This document shows, one piece after another, positions 28,369 through 37,810 of a stretch of 64,000 bases of DNA (its first letter is position 1; every line of letters begins with the position of its first letter). This DNA comes from Polyangiaceae bacterium (GTDB taxonomy: Bacteria; Myxococcota_A; Polyangia; Polyangiales; Polyangiaceae). The notes beneath the pieces were generated by a model that worked only from the letters and a program-made list of their open reading frames with translations, searched no databases and was not told where the DNA came from. The translations under genes and the position numbers were made by a program. The DNA is taken from positions 340,447 to 404,446 of the forward strand of contig JBNKBE010000002.1 in assembly GCA_050287085.1 (NCBI GenBank), in the 5' to 3' direction.

Positions 28369-28510
28369 GCACGGGCGGCACCTTCCCAGGGCTGCGCTAG
28401 CCGCCGAGCCGCTGCGCCGCAGCTTGAGCCCCTGTGTTGCCGCCGAAATGGCCGTGTCGCCGCCTAGCTGCCTCGCCACCGCCGAATCACAGCGTCGCCG
28501 CCTAATCACT

Positions 28511-29497
28511 ATGTTGCCGCCGATCTCCACCGAACTGGTCCGTGTTCTCACCGCTCGCGCGCTGCCCCAGGCGCTGAGCGCCATCACTGCCCTTGAGCTT
28601 GCCGTGGAGGCCGAGTTTGCGGCATTGGCTCATGGTCATCGCGACCGCTGGCTGCAGGCGATTGCAGAGCTCCAGATCTTAGGGGGAGCGGCCCACGTGC
28701 AGCTCGACAGCGACGTGCCGCGCTTCGGGCAAGAGCGCTACAGCGATGAAGAGCTCGCGCGTCTGCGGCTTGCTCTCGAGCGACTTGGACCCTGGCGAAA
28801 GGGACCGTTTCAAATCGGGCCTCTGCAGATCGATGCTGAGTGGCGCTCCGACTTCAAGTGGGCTCGCTTCGCCGATTCGCTTGCGTGGTCTGGCGCGCGC
28901 GTGCTCGACGTGGGCAGCGGGAATGGCTACGCCTGCTTGCGAGCTATCGGCGCGGGCGCCGCCGAGGTGCTGGGGATCGATCCGACGTGGCTCTATGTCA
29001 TGCAGTTTCAAGCGCTTGCCTGTTTTCTCCCGAGGATCCCTGTTGGCGTTGTGCCGTTGCCCCTGGAGCGGCTTCCGGCGTCGGTCTGCGACTTTGATAT
29101 CGTGATGTCGATGGGCGTTCTCTATCATCGACGCTCGCCCCTGGATCACCTGAGCGAGCTCAAGCAAAGACTGCGAAGGGGAGGGACCTTGGTGCTCGAA
29201 TCCCTCGTCGTCGAGGGTGCCAAAGGTTATGCGTTGGTCCCGGATGATCGCTATGCGGCCATGAAGAACGTCTGGTTCTTGCCCTCGATTCCGACCCTTA
29301 CGGCCTGGCTGGAGCGTGTTGGCTTCATCGGCGTGCAGTGCATCGCGGAGGCCACCACCACCGCTCTCGAGCAGCGGGCGACACCGTGGATGCCTTCGCA
29401 GTCACTCGTCGATTTTCTGGACCCCAATGACAGCTCTCGAACGATCGAAGGACATCCGGCGCCCAGGCGAGCGATATGGCTTGCCCGGCGCCCATAG
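28511..29497 (+). CDS. cmoB: tRNA U34 carboxymethyltransferase
   Basis: PWRKGPF, IDAEWRSDFKW, LDVGSGNGY, SMGVLYHRRSP, RYAAMKNVWFLPS and TIEGHPAP. Confidence 0.97.
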   Translation: MLPPISTELVRVLTARALPQALSAITALELAVEAEFAALAHGHRDRWLQAIAELQILGGAAHVQLDSDVPRFGQERYSDEELARLRLALERLGPWRKGPFQIGPLQIDAEWRSDFKWARFADSLAWSGARVLDVGSGNGYACLRAIGAGAAEVLGIDPTWLYVMQFQALACFLPRIPVGVVPLPLERLPASVCDFDIVMSMGVLYHRRSPLDHLSELKQRLRRGGTLVLESLVVEGAKGYALVPDDRYAAMKNVWFLPSIPTLTAWLERVGFIGVQCIAEATTTALEQRATPWMPSQSLVDFLDPNDSSRTIEGHPAPRRAIWLARRP

Positions 29498-29539
29498 CCG
29501 CCGAAGCGGCACAGCCGCGCGCTGCTGAAAGACTCACTG

Positions 29540-29626
29540 CGCCGCCAACAACCCAGCGCCGCCAACAACCCCAGCGCCGCCAACAACCCAGCGCCGCCAA
29601 CAACCCAGCGCCGCCAACAACCCCAG
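29540..29626. repeat. Intergenic tandem repeat, 5 x CGCCGCCAACAACCC(C)AG
   Basis: Read directly: units of 17, 18, 17, 17 and 18 nt with no spacers, between convergent cmoB and fadD. Confidence 0.95.
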
Positions 29627-29649
29627 CGCTGCTGACGTCGGCGCGCGTT

Positions 29650-31389
29650 CTAGTAGAGGCGCTCGAGCTGCGGCAGATACAGCTCGGTTACCCGGCGCCG
29701 TTTGATCTTGAGGCTTGGCGTCAGCAGCCCGTTTTCGACGGTGAAGTCTTCACGCGTGATGGCGAGCTTCTTGGGCGCCTCGTAGCTTCGGAAAGTGCAG
29801 GCCTGTTTGGCCTCGCTGAGCAGCTGTTCGAGCAGCTGCGGACATTCGTTCCAGTTGCTAGGCAGCGACAGCTGTCTCTTCTTGGCCCATTCCAAGACGG
29901 TGTCTTCGTCCGGCACAACGAGCAGTACGTTGTACGGCCGATTGTGACCAAACAGCATCGCGTTGCTAATAAACGGAGACAACTTGATCTGTTCCTCCAG
30001 ACTCGCGGGCGCCACGTACTTGCCGTTCTCGAGCTTATACTGCTCTTTGATACGACCCGTTACAGTGAGAAATCCGTCGGCATCCAGATGCCCTAGATCT
30101 CCAGTGCGCAGGCCTCCATCAGGGGTCATTACGGCCGCGGTCTCCTCAGGTAGGTTGTGATACCCTTGCATTACATTGGGGCCGTAGACGATGATTTCTC
30201 CCTCGTCGGGGGCTTCGCTCTTGCTCTTGTCGATGACGACACGCACCCCTGGGATCGGACGTCCGACGGTTCCAACCTTCTTCTGACCTGGACAGTTCGT
30301 CGCTACAACGGGGCTGGTTTCAGTTAAGCCGTATCCCTCATAGAGATCTATGCCGAGGGCGTCGATGAATTCAGCGACCTCGCGGCTGAGCGCTGCGCTG
30401 CCGCTCACCAGGGTTTCGAGTTGTCCGCCAAAGCGGGCGCGCACTTTGGCGAAGAGCAGGCGATCGGCCAGGGTGAGCACGGCCTCGTCGATCAGTCCGA
30501 GCGAGTCGCCTCGGCGTTTTGCCGTGGCCAGTGCAATGCCACGAGCGAACAATCGTTGAATGAGCTTGGGGCGCGCTTCCATCTGACGGTGAACGCGATC
30601 GTAGATGCGGTTGAATATGCGCGGCACCGCCACCAGAACCTTGGGCTGGACGGATGCGAGGTTGTCGACGATATTGGGAATGGCATCATTGATCGCCATC
30701 GAACCGCCATTGCTCACCAAGAAGTGGAGCTCCGCGATTTGTCCGTAGGCGTGTGCCCACGGCAGGAACGACAGAGAACGGGCGGGCCCGATGTGATAGA
30801 GCCCCTCGTATTCGGCGACGTTGCTGCAGATGTTGTGATGGGTCAGCAGTACGCCCTTTGGGTTGCCTGTTGTGCCCGAGGTGTAGATGATGCAGGCCAG
30901 AGCGTCACCCTTGGGCCTCGACAGCGACGCGTCAGCGTCTGGGGCTGCGTATTCGAAGGCATCTTCGTGGGAGGCGGGGAGGCCTATGCCGATTACCTTC
31001 TGCAAGGTCGGCAGCTCGCCGCGCAGAGCCTGCAGCTGCTGATACACAGCGTCGGTTCCGGCGATGACCACTTTGGCCCCCGAGTCCGCCAGGATGAAGC
31101 GCCATTCTTCCTGGGGTTGGGCTACGTACATGGGGACGAAGGCGGCACCCCGACCGAAGGTGGCGTAGGCAGCGACGGCCCAGGGCACGCAATTGTCGGC
31201 CACGATCGCAACTCTGTCGCCCTCGGCCACGCCGTGATGGGCCAGCAGCTGCCTAAACGCCGTGACCTGTTGGCTGACATCGCCGTAGCTGATCCACCGC
31301 CAACCGCCGGCTCCTTTGATTCCGAATAGCGGCGATGACGCATACTGATTGCGGCTGCTCTCGAACAAGTCGACTAGGCTTTCGTGCAC
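29650..31389 (-). CDS. Long-chain fatty acid-CoA ligase
   Basis: IYTSGTTGNPKG, SFLPWAH, VAVPRIF, EGYGLTETSP, TGDLG and LLTPSLKIKR. Confidence 0.93.
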   Translation of the reverse strand: MHESLVDLFESSRNQYASSPLFGIKGAGGWRWISYGDVSQQVTAFRQLLAHHGVAEGDRVAIVADNCVPWAVAAYATFGRGAAFVPMYVAQPQEEWRFILADSGAKVVIAGTDAVYQQLQALRGELPTLQKVIGIGLPASHEDAFEYAAPDADASLSRPKGDALACIIYTSGTTGNPKGVLLTHHNICSNVAEYEGLYHIGPARSLSFLPWAHAYGQIAELHFLVSNGGSMAINDAIPNIVDNLASVQPKVLVAVPRIFNRIYDRVHRQMEARPKLIQRLFARGIALATAKRRGDSLGLIDEAVLTLADRLLFAKVRARFGGQLETLVSGSAALSREVAEFIDALGIDLYEGYGLTETSPVVATNCPGQKKVGTVGRPIPGVRVVIDKSKSEAPDEGEIIVYGPNVMQGYHNLPEETAAVMTPDGGLRTGDLGHLDADGFLTVTGRIKEQYKLENGKYVAPASLEEQIKLSPFISNAMLFGHNRPYNVLLVVPDEDTVLEWAKKRQLSLPSNWNECPQLLEQLLSEAKQACTFRSYEAPKKLAITREDFTVENGLLTPSLKIKRRRVTELYLPQLERLY

Positions 31390-31685
31390 GCAGGACCCTC
31401 TTTTTTGCTTCTTCGTGTGGAGTTGTCGCGGGGGCAGTCGCTGCTGCGTCTCGCCTCCGTTTCACGCAGTCTAGCGTGGATCCATTCAGGGTGAGGTTTC
31501 AAACGCCGAGAGCCGGCCTTGGATGCCGCATAGGGAGCGTGGGCGCTGGCTGCCGGTTTGGGACGACACGAGGCTTCCCAGGAGCGGGGCCATTTTTGCG
31601 TAGATTTGAGGCTCGGATACTCCTAAAGCTCTTGTTTCCCCGGTGCCCTGTGCATCAGCCGGCTAGTCTTCCGGGGTCTAAGCCC

Positions 31686-33155
31686 ATGCCCTCCTATTCC
31701 GTCGTCACTTTCGGTTGTCAGATGAACATGCACGATTCCGAGCGCATGGCGGAAGTGATGGCTGCGGCAGGCTACACGTCGGCCCCTGCGCCCCAGGATG
31801 CTGATGTCGTGTTGCTGAACACGTGCAGCGTGCGAGAAAAGGCCGAACAGAAGCTGCGCAGCGAGGTCGGGCGGCTTGGCGTTCTCAAACGGCGAAAGCC
31901 CGAGCTCGTTATCGCGGTGGCGGGGTGCGTGGCTCAGCAAGAAGGAGAGGCGCTGCTTCGCAGCCTGCCACAGATCGACTTGGTGCTGGGGCCCGACAAC
32001 ATTGGTGAGCTTCCCGGTTTGCTTGCGGCGATCGAGGCGGGAGCGCCACCCAGGGCGCGCACCCAATTCGACTACGAGAGTCCGACTTTTCTCTCGGCGG
32101 CTCCCCAAGTCCGCAAGGCCAGTGCGTTCGTGACGACCATGAAAGGCTGCGATGAGCGTTGCACTTTCTGCATCGTGCCGTTCACTCGTGGCAGTGAGCG
32201 CTACCGGCCGTCGGCGGACATCGTCCGCGAGATCGCAACGCTGGTGGCGGGCGGAACGCAGGAAATCACCTTGCTCGGTCAAACCGTCGATAGCTACCGT
32301 GATCCGGATGCGGCGCTGGCTCAAGCCAAGGCCCACGGGGACGGCATTCGCAGGTGGGGGCGACGCACTCTCGTCCCGGACGATGAGACCGAGTTTCCAG
32401 CCCTACTTCGAGCGGTGGCCCGCGAGGTGCCGGACTTGAAACGCCTCCGCTATACAAGTCCCCATCCTCGCCACTTGACCCCGGCACTCGTGGCCGCTCA
32501 CGCGGAGCTCAGCGTACTTGTCCGTCACGTGCACATGCCAGTACAATCCGGCAGCGACCGCGTGCTCAAGCGGATGGGGCGACGCTACACGCGCCAAGAA
32601 TACGTGGAGCGTACGGATCTGCTGCGTCGCGCCGTGCCGGGGCTGTCGCTTTCGACCGACATCATCGTGGGTTTTCCCGGGGAAAGCGATGAGGACTTCG
32701 AGGAGACCCTCGCGCTGGTGCGTGAGCGGGGTTTCATCGGGGTTTTCGCCTTCAAGTATTCGCCGCGTCCTCATACGGCCGCCCTGAGGCTGGGCGACGA
32801 CGTGCCGGAAAGCACGAAGTCGGAGCGCTTGGCCCGACTTCTAGAGCTGAGCGAGGCCATTCGGACCGAGCACTTGGCGGGCCTGGTAGGCGCTGTCGAA
32901 CCCGTATTGGTTGAAGGGCGCAGCAAGACGGGGGCGTTCACTGGACGTACCGAACGCAACGAAATCGTTCATTTTGGGGCGTCGGACGATCCCACAGGCG
33001 AGGTGCTCAGCGTGCGCATTGAACGCGCGCTGAAGCACTCCCTGATCGGCAGTTTGGTGGATGATGAGCGTGCTGTGCCGTATGAAGACGTCGTCCGCAG
33101 CGCCGCAAGCAGCACTTCCGCTAGGCGCGTGCTTCCGGTGGTACGAGAGCCCTAG
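31686..33155 (+). CDS. miaB: tRNA-2-methylthio-N6-dimethylallyladenosine synthase
   Basis: TFGCQMNMHDSE, NTCSVREKAE, GCVAQ, radical SAM CDERCTFC, YTSPHP, YSPRPHT and a C-terminal TRAM domain. Confidence 0.97.
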   Translation: MPSYSVVTFGCQMNMHDSERMAEVMAAAGYTSAPAPQDADVVLLNTCSVREKAEQKLRSEVGRLGVLKRRKPELVIAVAGCVAQQEGEALLRSLPQIDLVLGPDNIGELPGLLAAIEAGAPPRARTQFDYESPTFLSAAPQVRKASAFVTTMKGCDERCTFCIVPFTRGSERYRPSADIVREIATLVAGGTQEITLLGQTVDSYRDPDAALAQAKAHGDGIRRWGRRTLVPDDETEFPALLRAVAREVPDLKRLRYTSPHPRHLTPALVAAHAELSVLVRHVHMPVQSGSDRVLKRMGRRYTRQEYVERTDLLRRAVPGLSLSTDIIVGFPGESDEDFEETLALVRERGFIGVFAFKYSPRPHTAALRLGDDVPESTKSERLARLLELSEAIRTEHLAGLVGAVEPVLVEGRSKTGAFTGRTERNEIVHFGASDDPTGEVLSVRIERALKHSLIGSLVDDERAVPYEDVVRSAASSTSARRVLPVVREP

Positions 33156-33217
33156 GCGTCTTCACTGGGAGGCAGCAGGGCGTCGGCTTCAGCGGTCGAG
33201 TGTCCCGAGCGCTCTAG

Positions 33218-33907
33218 TCAGTACAGACCTGGCACCAGGCGGAAACGGGTTTGCTCTCGGTAGCATTGGTAGGCGGGATCGCCAGCCAGTAGCTGTTCTT
33301 CTAGCGCCGCTCGCCAAACCAGGGTAACCACACCTATGCCCCACACGCCGAAGTTCCAAAGCGAGGGTGCCGCGGCGACCGCGAGGCTGTCAGCGATCAG
33401 ATAGCTGCTATAGGTCGGGTGGCGTACGAATCTGTAGGGACCGCTTCGGACGATGGTGCGCCGGGCTGGCAGCAGGGCAAAGGAGCCGCCCAACGACAGG
33501 AGGCAGAGATCACCCAGCCAGTGCAAAGCGATGAGCCACCAGGTTGGTGGGCCCAGCTGATAGCCCATGAAATAGAGGGAGCTGACCGTGCACAAAACGA
33601 TAACCCAGGGGCGGTTGTCGCTAGCCTTGGCGTCTTGTCTTCGGAGTGTCTGAGCCGCAAGTACGACCGTGACCGCTGCATACGCGACGCTGTCGACCCA
33701 CTCGATACGCGTAGCGCCGCTTCCGAGAAACCAAGTGCTCAGGCCCAGACAGGCGAGCAGGTAGCCGGCGAGCCCTAAGTTGGCAATGCGGGGCCTGAGG
33801 AGGCGTGTCGCCGGCGGGTGGCGCGCCCGTTTTCTTTGGGCCGACGCGGAGCGAGGGGGAGCGCTTGGCTCGTCGCTACGAGCGTCAGGGGGCGGAGAAT
33901 ACAACAT
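33218..33907 (-). CDS. ICMT/PEMT-family membrane methyltransferase
   Basis: Multiple TM helices, SGPYRFVRHPTYSSY and EEQLL..DPAYQCY...RLVPGLY. Start uncertain. Confidence 0.8.
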   Translation of the reverse strand: MLYSPPPDARSDEPSAPPRSASAQRKRARHPPATRLLRPRIANLGLAGYLLACLGLSTWFLGSGATRIEWVDSVAYAAVTVVLAAQTLRRQDAKASDNRPWVIVLCTVSSLYFMGYQLGPPTWWLIALHWLGDLCLLSLGGSFALLPARRTIVRSGPYRFVRHPTYSSYLIADSLAVAAAPSLWNFGVWGIGVVTLVWRAALEEQLLAGDPAYQCYREQTRFRLVPGLY

Positions 33908-34493
33908 AAGCGACCGGCACCAGGGCACCCACCAGCGCAAGAACTCCGCCGCGCCCCACGAGACCCTTTCGCCCTGGCAACATGAAGAGCCCCGACACCA
34001 CGAGGAAAAGAAGGAACGCCGCGTAGCCGTCGGCCACGTACGTCCACGCTTTCTTGCCTCGGTTGAGATGCAGCCAGTTCACAGCCCGAAAGAAGAAACG
34101 CGGCGACTGCCCCTGAATCAAGACGTGCCCCGACGTGGGATCGACGATCAACGTGCGCTCCCCAACACTCACCTCGAGTCTGTCCGGTGCCGCCGCGTAC
34201 ACATCCGTTGTAGGTTCGCCGATCTTCAGTGCCGCTAGCACTTGCTTTGCGGCGAGTTCCGGCGCCTCGGGCAAGGGGAGCGCCACGGTGTGTTCTTCTT
34301 GCACCTGCTGGAAGTTGGGATCCCAATCTGCGAGGTGATTGACGGCGATACCGCTCGTTGCATACACCACGGTGAGGCCGGCAGCGAGGTACCCCGCGTC
34401 GCGGTGCAGAGTGCGCAGCAGCAGGCGGAGCCGAAACGGGCGCTGGGCTCCAGAACGCGAGGCTCCGGCTCGAACGGGGCTTCTTCGATTCAC
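33885..34493 (-). CDS. PepSY-associated TM helix protein
   Basis: RTLHRDAGY..YATSGIAVNH, NWLHLNRG and W...D...SGL patterns; about three TM helices. Confidence 0.8.
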   Translation of the reverse strand: MNRRSPVRAGASRSGAQRPFRLRLLLRTLHRDAGYLAAGLTVVYATSGIAVNHLADWDPNFQQVQEEHTVALPLPEAPELAAKQVLAALKIGEPTTDVYAAAPDRLEVSVGERTLIVDPTSGHVLIQGQSPRFFFRAVNWLHLNRGKKAWTYVADGYAAFLLFLVVSGLFMLPGRKGLVGRGGVLALVGALVPVAYVVFSAP

Positions 34494-34556
34494 TATGTCT
34501 CCTAGATTCTGGCCGCAGCTGGGATGTACATGGGCTGGCGAGCCCTACGCTGCCAC

Positions 34557-35279
34557 TCAACCGTAGCGTTCCTCGCGCCATGGATCAGCGTGGTTGTGGT
34601 AGCCGCGCGTCTCCCAGTAGCCAGGCGCGTCGCGGCGGGCGAATCGCAGGCCCGATAGCCACTTGGCACTCTTCCAGAAATAGAGATCGGGGACAAGCGC
34701 TCTCACAGGAGCTCCGTGCGCCGGCGCTAGCGGGCGTCCTTCGTGTTCGTAGGTGAGCAATACGTCGGGCTTGAGCGCGTCGCCCCGAGGCACATTGGCC
34801 GTGTACCCGTGGGCGGCCTCAATGATGACATGTCGCGCGGAATCTTTGATGCCCGCTCGCTCTGCCACGTCCGTCAAGCGCACGCCTTTCCAGCGCGCCC
34901 CGAGCAGGCTCCAGCCCGTGACGCAATGAACGTCCAGGGTGAGCTCCACCTGCGGGAGCTCAAGCAGCTGACGGAAGTCAAGCTCCACCGTCCGGTTCAC
35001 TTCGCCGTGCACGCGCAACTTGAAGTCTCGGGCGTGTGAGCTGCCAGCACGTCCACCCATCGGTTTCAGACGCTCCAGGACGCGCTGGCCTGGGGGCACA
35101 CGAGGTCGTCCGTCGGGGCGTTTTTCGCCCGCGTGGGCGAGGGTAAGATGTTCCGAGACAACGTATAGCCCCCCCAGAACCGATACCGTGGTTCCCGCCA
35201 CCGCGGTACGCAGCCAGGTGCGTCGGGATGAGCTCTGAGGGCTGGTCGGGAGGGCGGAGCTTGGAGGCATAAGACGCAA
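34557..35279 (-). CDS. Sulfite-oxidase-family molybdopterin oxidoreductase (MsrP/YuiH-like)
   Basis: DVHCVTGWS, YTANVP, HGAPVR, YFWKSAKW and GYWETRGYH; Tat-like SSRRTWL at the N-terminus. Confidence 0.9.
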   Translation of the reverse strand: MRLMPPSSALPTSPQSSSRRTWLRTAVAGTTVSVLGGLYVVSEHLTLAHAGEKRPDGRPRVPPGQRVLERLKPMGGRAGSSHARDFKLRVHGEVNRTVELDFRQLLELPQVELTLDVHCVTGWSLLGARWKGVRLTDVAERAGIKDSARHVIIEAAHGYTANVPRGDALKPDVLLTYEHEGRPLAPAHGAPVRALVPDLYFWKSAKWLSGLRFARRDAPGYWETRGYHNHADPWREERYG

Positions 35280-35787
35280 ACCTGATTGTGAAGGAGGAGT
35301 CGGGGAGGGCGTTGCGGTGAGGCGGGCGTTGCGGTGGGGAGCGCTCGGTCCCGGTTGCCCATCGGAGCGCGCGGCGAGCAGCCTGCAGGGGCTCCGGGCG
35401 CTGCCCTAACGGCGGCGGGTACCGCGGGCCAATACGGGAGAGTATAGGGCGAAATGGCCGAGACAGCGACGTTTCGAGCCTGGAGCACGCGTCGGCCTGC
35501 GCGGAAGTGCAGACGGAGACGCACCTAGGAGCTAACGTTCGGGAAGACCGATCGGTTTCTCAGCACGATCGCATTTTTCGCGGAGCCGACCGGGGCGCTC
35601 CGACCCTGGAAAGGAACTCGGATGTCGGCGCACGCCCTGGGGAGCCGGCCCTGTAGCCGGTGAAGGCGGCGCAACCCCTCGCATCGCGGCAACCCGGTTG
35701 ATGCGCGGCTACCTCTCGCGGTCCGAGGGCGGGGTCTGTGGGGATTCTAGGCTGATTTCGACGGTGGCGCGGCGCCGCCGCTCGCCT

Positions 35788-37779
35788 TCACCGGTACTCG
35801 TAGGTCGTCGTGAAGACCATCCCGGCGTGACAGGCGCCACACGGGACCAGGGCGCCTTCACCGTATACCGGCGCAGTGATGCTGGGTGTTCCGCAGCGTT
35901 CCGGCGGGCCGTCGCAGTAGTAGGCGGTGTTGTTTCGACGCGAGCCGTCGAGAACAAGCAGCGCGGCGCGCCCGACGAGGCGCTGGCCCTGCCAAAGCTC
36001 CTTCACCGCAATCGATCCCGGGAAGTGCGGAGCGGCTTCGAAGTCTGCCTCCAAGGTGCCGTCAGGCTTGAACTTGACGGAATTGCCAGCGGCGATCGAG
36101 CGCTGCAGGACGTCGTTGGCGAATACTCGAACGTCGCCATGGGGCGAGACGTCGCTGGCCTTCGGCCGCGGCTTTTCTGACTCGGCCACCCACGGAGCCT
36201 GCAGGTACACTTCTGATTCCAAGAGGTTTTCAAGGTACTCCTGGACTTCGCCTCCCTTGCTCCCTGCGACGGGCGGGGGAATATTGCGCTGGGGTCCCCA
36301 TCCTGTGGGCGGGGCGCCTCCGTCCACCAGCTCGTCTTCTGCGTGCAGGTAGAGCACTCCCATCATTCCCGACTCTGCGTGGTCCAGGATGTGGCAGTGA
36401 AACATCCACTTCCCAGGCCGCTCTTCGAATTGGGGTACGATCTTGACCGTACTGAGGGGCGGGATGTCGATGGTGTCCTTGAGTCGCAAGGGAGACTCCA
36501 GCGAGCCGTCATCTTGCAAAACCTGGAAGTGGAAGCCGTGGAGGTGGAACGGGTGGTTATATGCTGAGTGGTTGACGATACTCCAGACCTGCGCTTGTCC
36601 AATGACAGCGTGGAGCGGCGCCGAGTCCTCCCACGGAATCCCATTGATGCCCATGCGCAACATGCCATCTATTCCGGTGTCCATCGTGAGCCCAATCTCG
36701 ACCTCTTGCGCTCCCGCCGAGGAGAAGCGCTCGAGTTTTCGTGTTAGCTTGGGCAACGCCGGCGGGGCATCGGGCTTCCCCGCTACGAAGTTCAGGCGGA
36801 GCAGGACTTCTGGGCCTAGGGCCGTGCCGGCCCCTTCACCTCTGAAGACCGGCAGGGTGACCAGGTCGACGAATGTGCCCGGTTCACCTCGTGCCTCGAC
36901 GATGAGCTCGACGCGCTCTCCTGGAACTAGGCGGGTGGTTTCCTCTTGCACCGGAAACTCCATGCGGCCGCCGTCGCTTCCAATACGCAATATGGAGTGC
37001 CCCGCCATCTGCAGGTCCAGGTAGCGCGAGCGGGCCATGTTGAGGACGTGCCAACGCAGACGCTGGCCGTTGACGACATTCATCTGCTGACTGGGCCGTC
37101 CGTTCAACAACAGCGTCGCGCCCTCCCGTCCCGCGATCTTACCGGCGGCTGCGTCGTCGTGCTGCTGGAGTGAGCCGTCTTCGAAGACGCTCATGTCGGA
37201 AATGGCCAGGACGGTCGCGGGCCCCAGTCTCCGATCCTCCTTGGGGTCTTCGACTAGCAGTGCGCCGTAGAGTCCAGCCCCCACTCCCTCCAAGGTTTGA
37301 TAGTGTGGATGATACCAAAACACGCTGGCATCGAGCAGCTCGAACTCGTAGCGAAAGGTCTTGCCCGCTTTGACCACAGGTTGGGTAACCCCAGGTACGC
37401 CGTCCATTCCGTTGGGGACTCGCATGCCGTGCCAGTGAATGGTGGTCCCGTCGTCGAGCTCATTGTTGAGATGGACGATGAGGGTATCCCCCTTCTTGGC
37501 TCGAATGAGCGGACCTGGAATCACCCCGTTGTAGGTCAATTGCTCGTGGGCTCGTCCGGGAATGACCTCCACGCTTTGTGCCGTGGCGGTCAAGGTCACT
37601 TCAACAGTATCGGGGTCTGGGTTGCTGTCAGAAAGTTCCGTCAGTCTCACGAAGCCGTCGTTCCGCGTCCCGGCGCCAGCATCAGCGCTCTCGGAGCCGG
37701 GCAGGACGCTCCGCTGGTTGCATGACGGGGTGAACAATAGGCAGACCAGGCTTAGGGCGAATCGGGATAGATCTCTCAA
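35788..37779 (-). CDS. Multicopper oxidase lipoprotein with a C-terminal CxxCH domain
   Basis: All four Cu motifs present (IHWHG, WYHPH, HPFHLHG, HCHILDHAESGM), followed by about 180 extra residues with FPGSIAVKEL and CGACH. Confidence 0.92.
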   Translation of the reverse strand: MRDLSRFALSLVCLLFTPSCNQRSVLPGSESADAGAGTRNDGFVRLTELSDSNPDPDTVEVTLTATAQSVEVIPGRAHEQLTYNGVIPGPLIRAKKGDTLIVHLNNELDDGTTIHWHGMRVPNGMDGVPGVTQPVVKAGKTFRYEFELLDASVFWYHPHYQTLEGVGAGLYGALLVEDPKEDRRLGPATVLAISDMSVFEDGSLQQHDDAAAGKIAGREGATLLLNGRPSQQMNVVNGQRLRWHVLNMARSRYLDLQMAGHSILRIGSDGGRMEFPVQEETTRLVPGERVELIVEARGEPGTFVDLVTLPVFRGEGAGTALGPEVLLRLNFVAGKPDAPPALPKLTRKLERFSSAGAQEVEIGLTMDTGIDGMLRMGINGIPWEDSAPLHAVIGQAQVWSIVNHSAYNHPFHLHGFHFQVLQDDGSLESPLRLKDTIDIPPLSTVKIVPQFEERPGKWMFHCHILDHAESGMMGVLYLHAEDELVDGGAPPTGWGPQRNIPPPVAGSKGGEVQEYLENLLESEVYLQAPWVAESEKPRPKASDVSPHGDVRVFANDVLQRSIAAGNSVKFKPDGTLEADFEAAPHFPGSIAVKELWQGQRLVGRAALLVLDGSRRNNTAYYCDGPPERCGTPSITAPVYGEGALVPCGACHAGMVFTTTYEYR

Positions 37780-37794
37780 GGTGGATCCATTGTA

Positions 37795-37810
37795 GGCAAG
37801 AGCCGTGCCT
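37795..37810 (-). promoter_or_regulatory. Sigma54 -24/-12 promoter of the multicopper oxidase
   Basis: The minus strand reads AGGCACGGCTCTTGCC, matching GGCACG-N4-TTGC, 15 nt before the start codon. Confidence 0.75.

Noticed and set aside
29540..29626. Possible CRISPR array
   Set aside because: Units are contiguous with no spacers and only 17-18 nt long, and there are no cas genes.
30421..31329. Long antisense or off-frame ORFs (302 aa here; also 45368-46261, 46654-47835, 57705-58481)
   Set aside because: They are shadows of well-supported genes, expected in high-GC DNA, and carry no recognisable motifs.
35530..35580. TPP riboswitch suggested by CTGAGA on the minus strand
   Set aside because: The downstream ACCTGA...GCGNAGG core is missing and the context is not thiamine-related.
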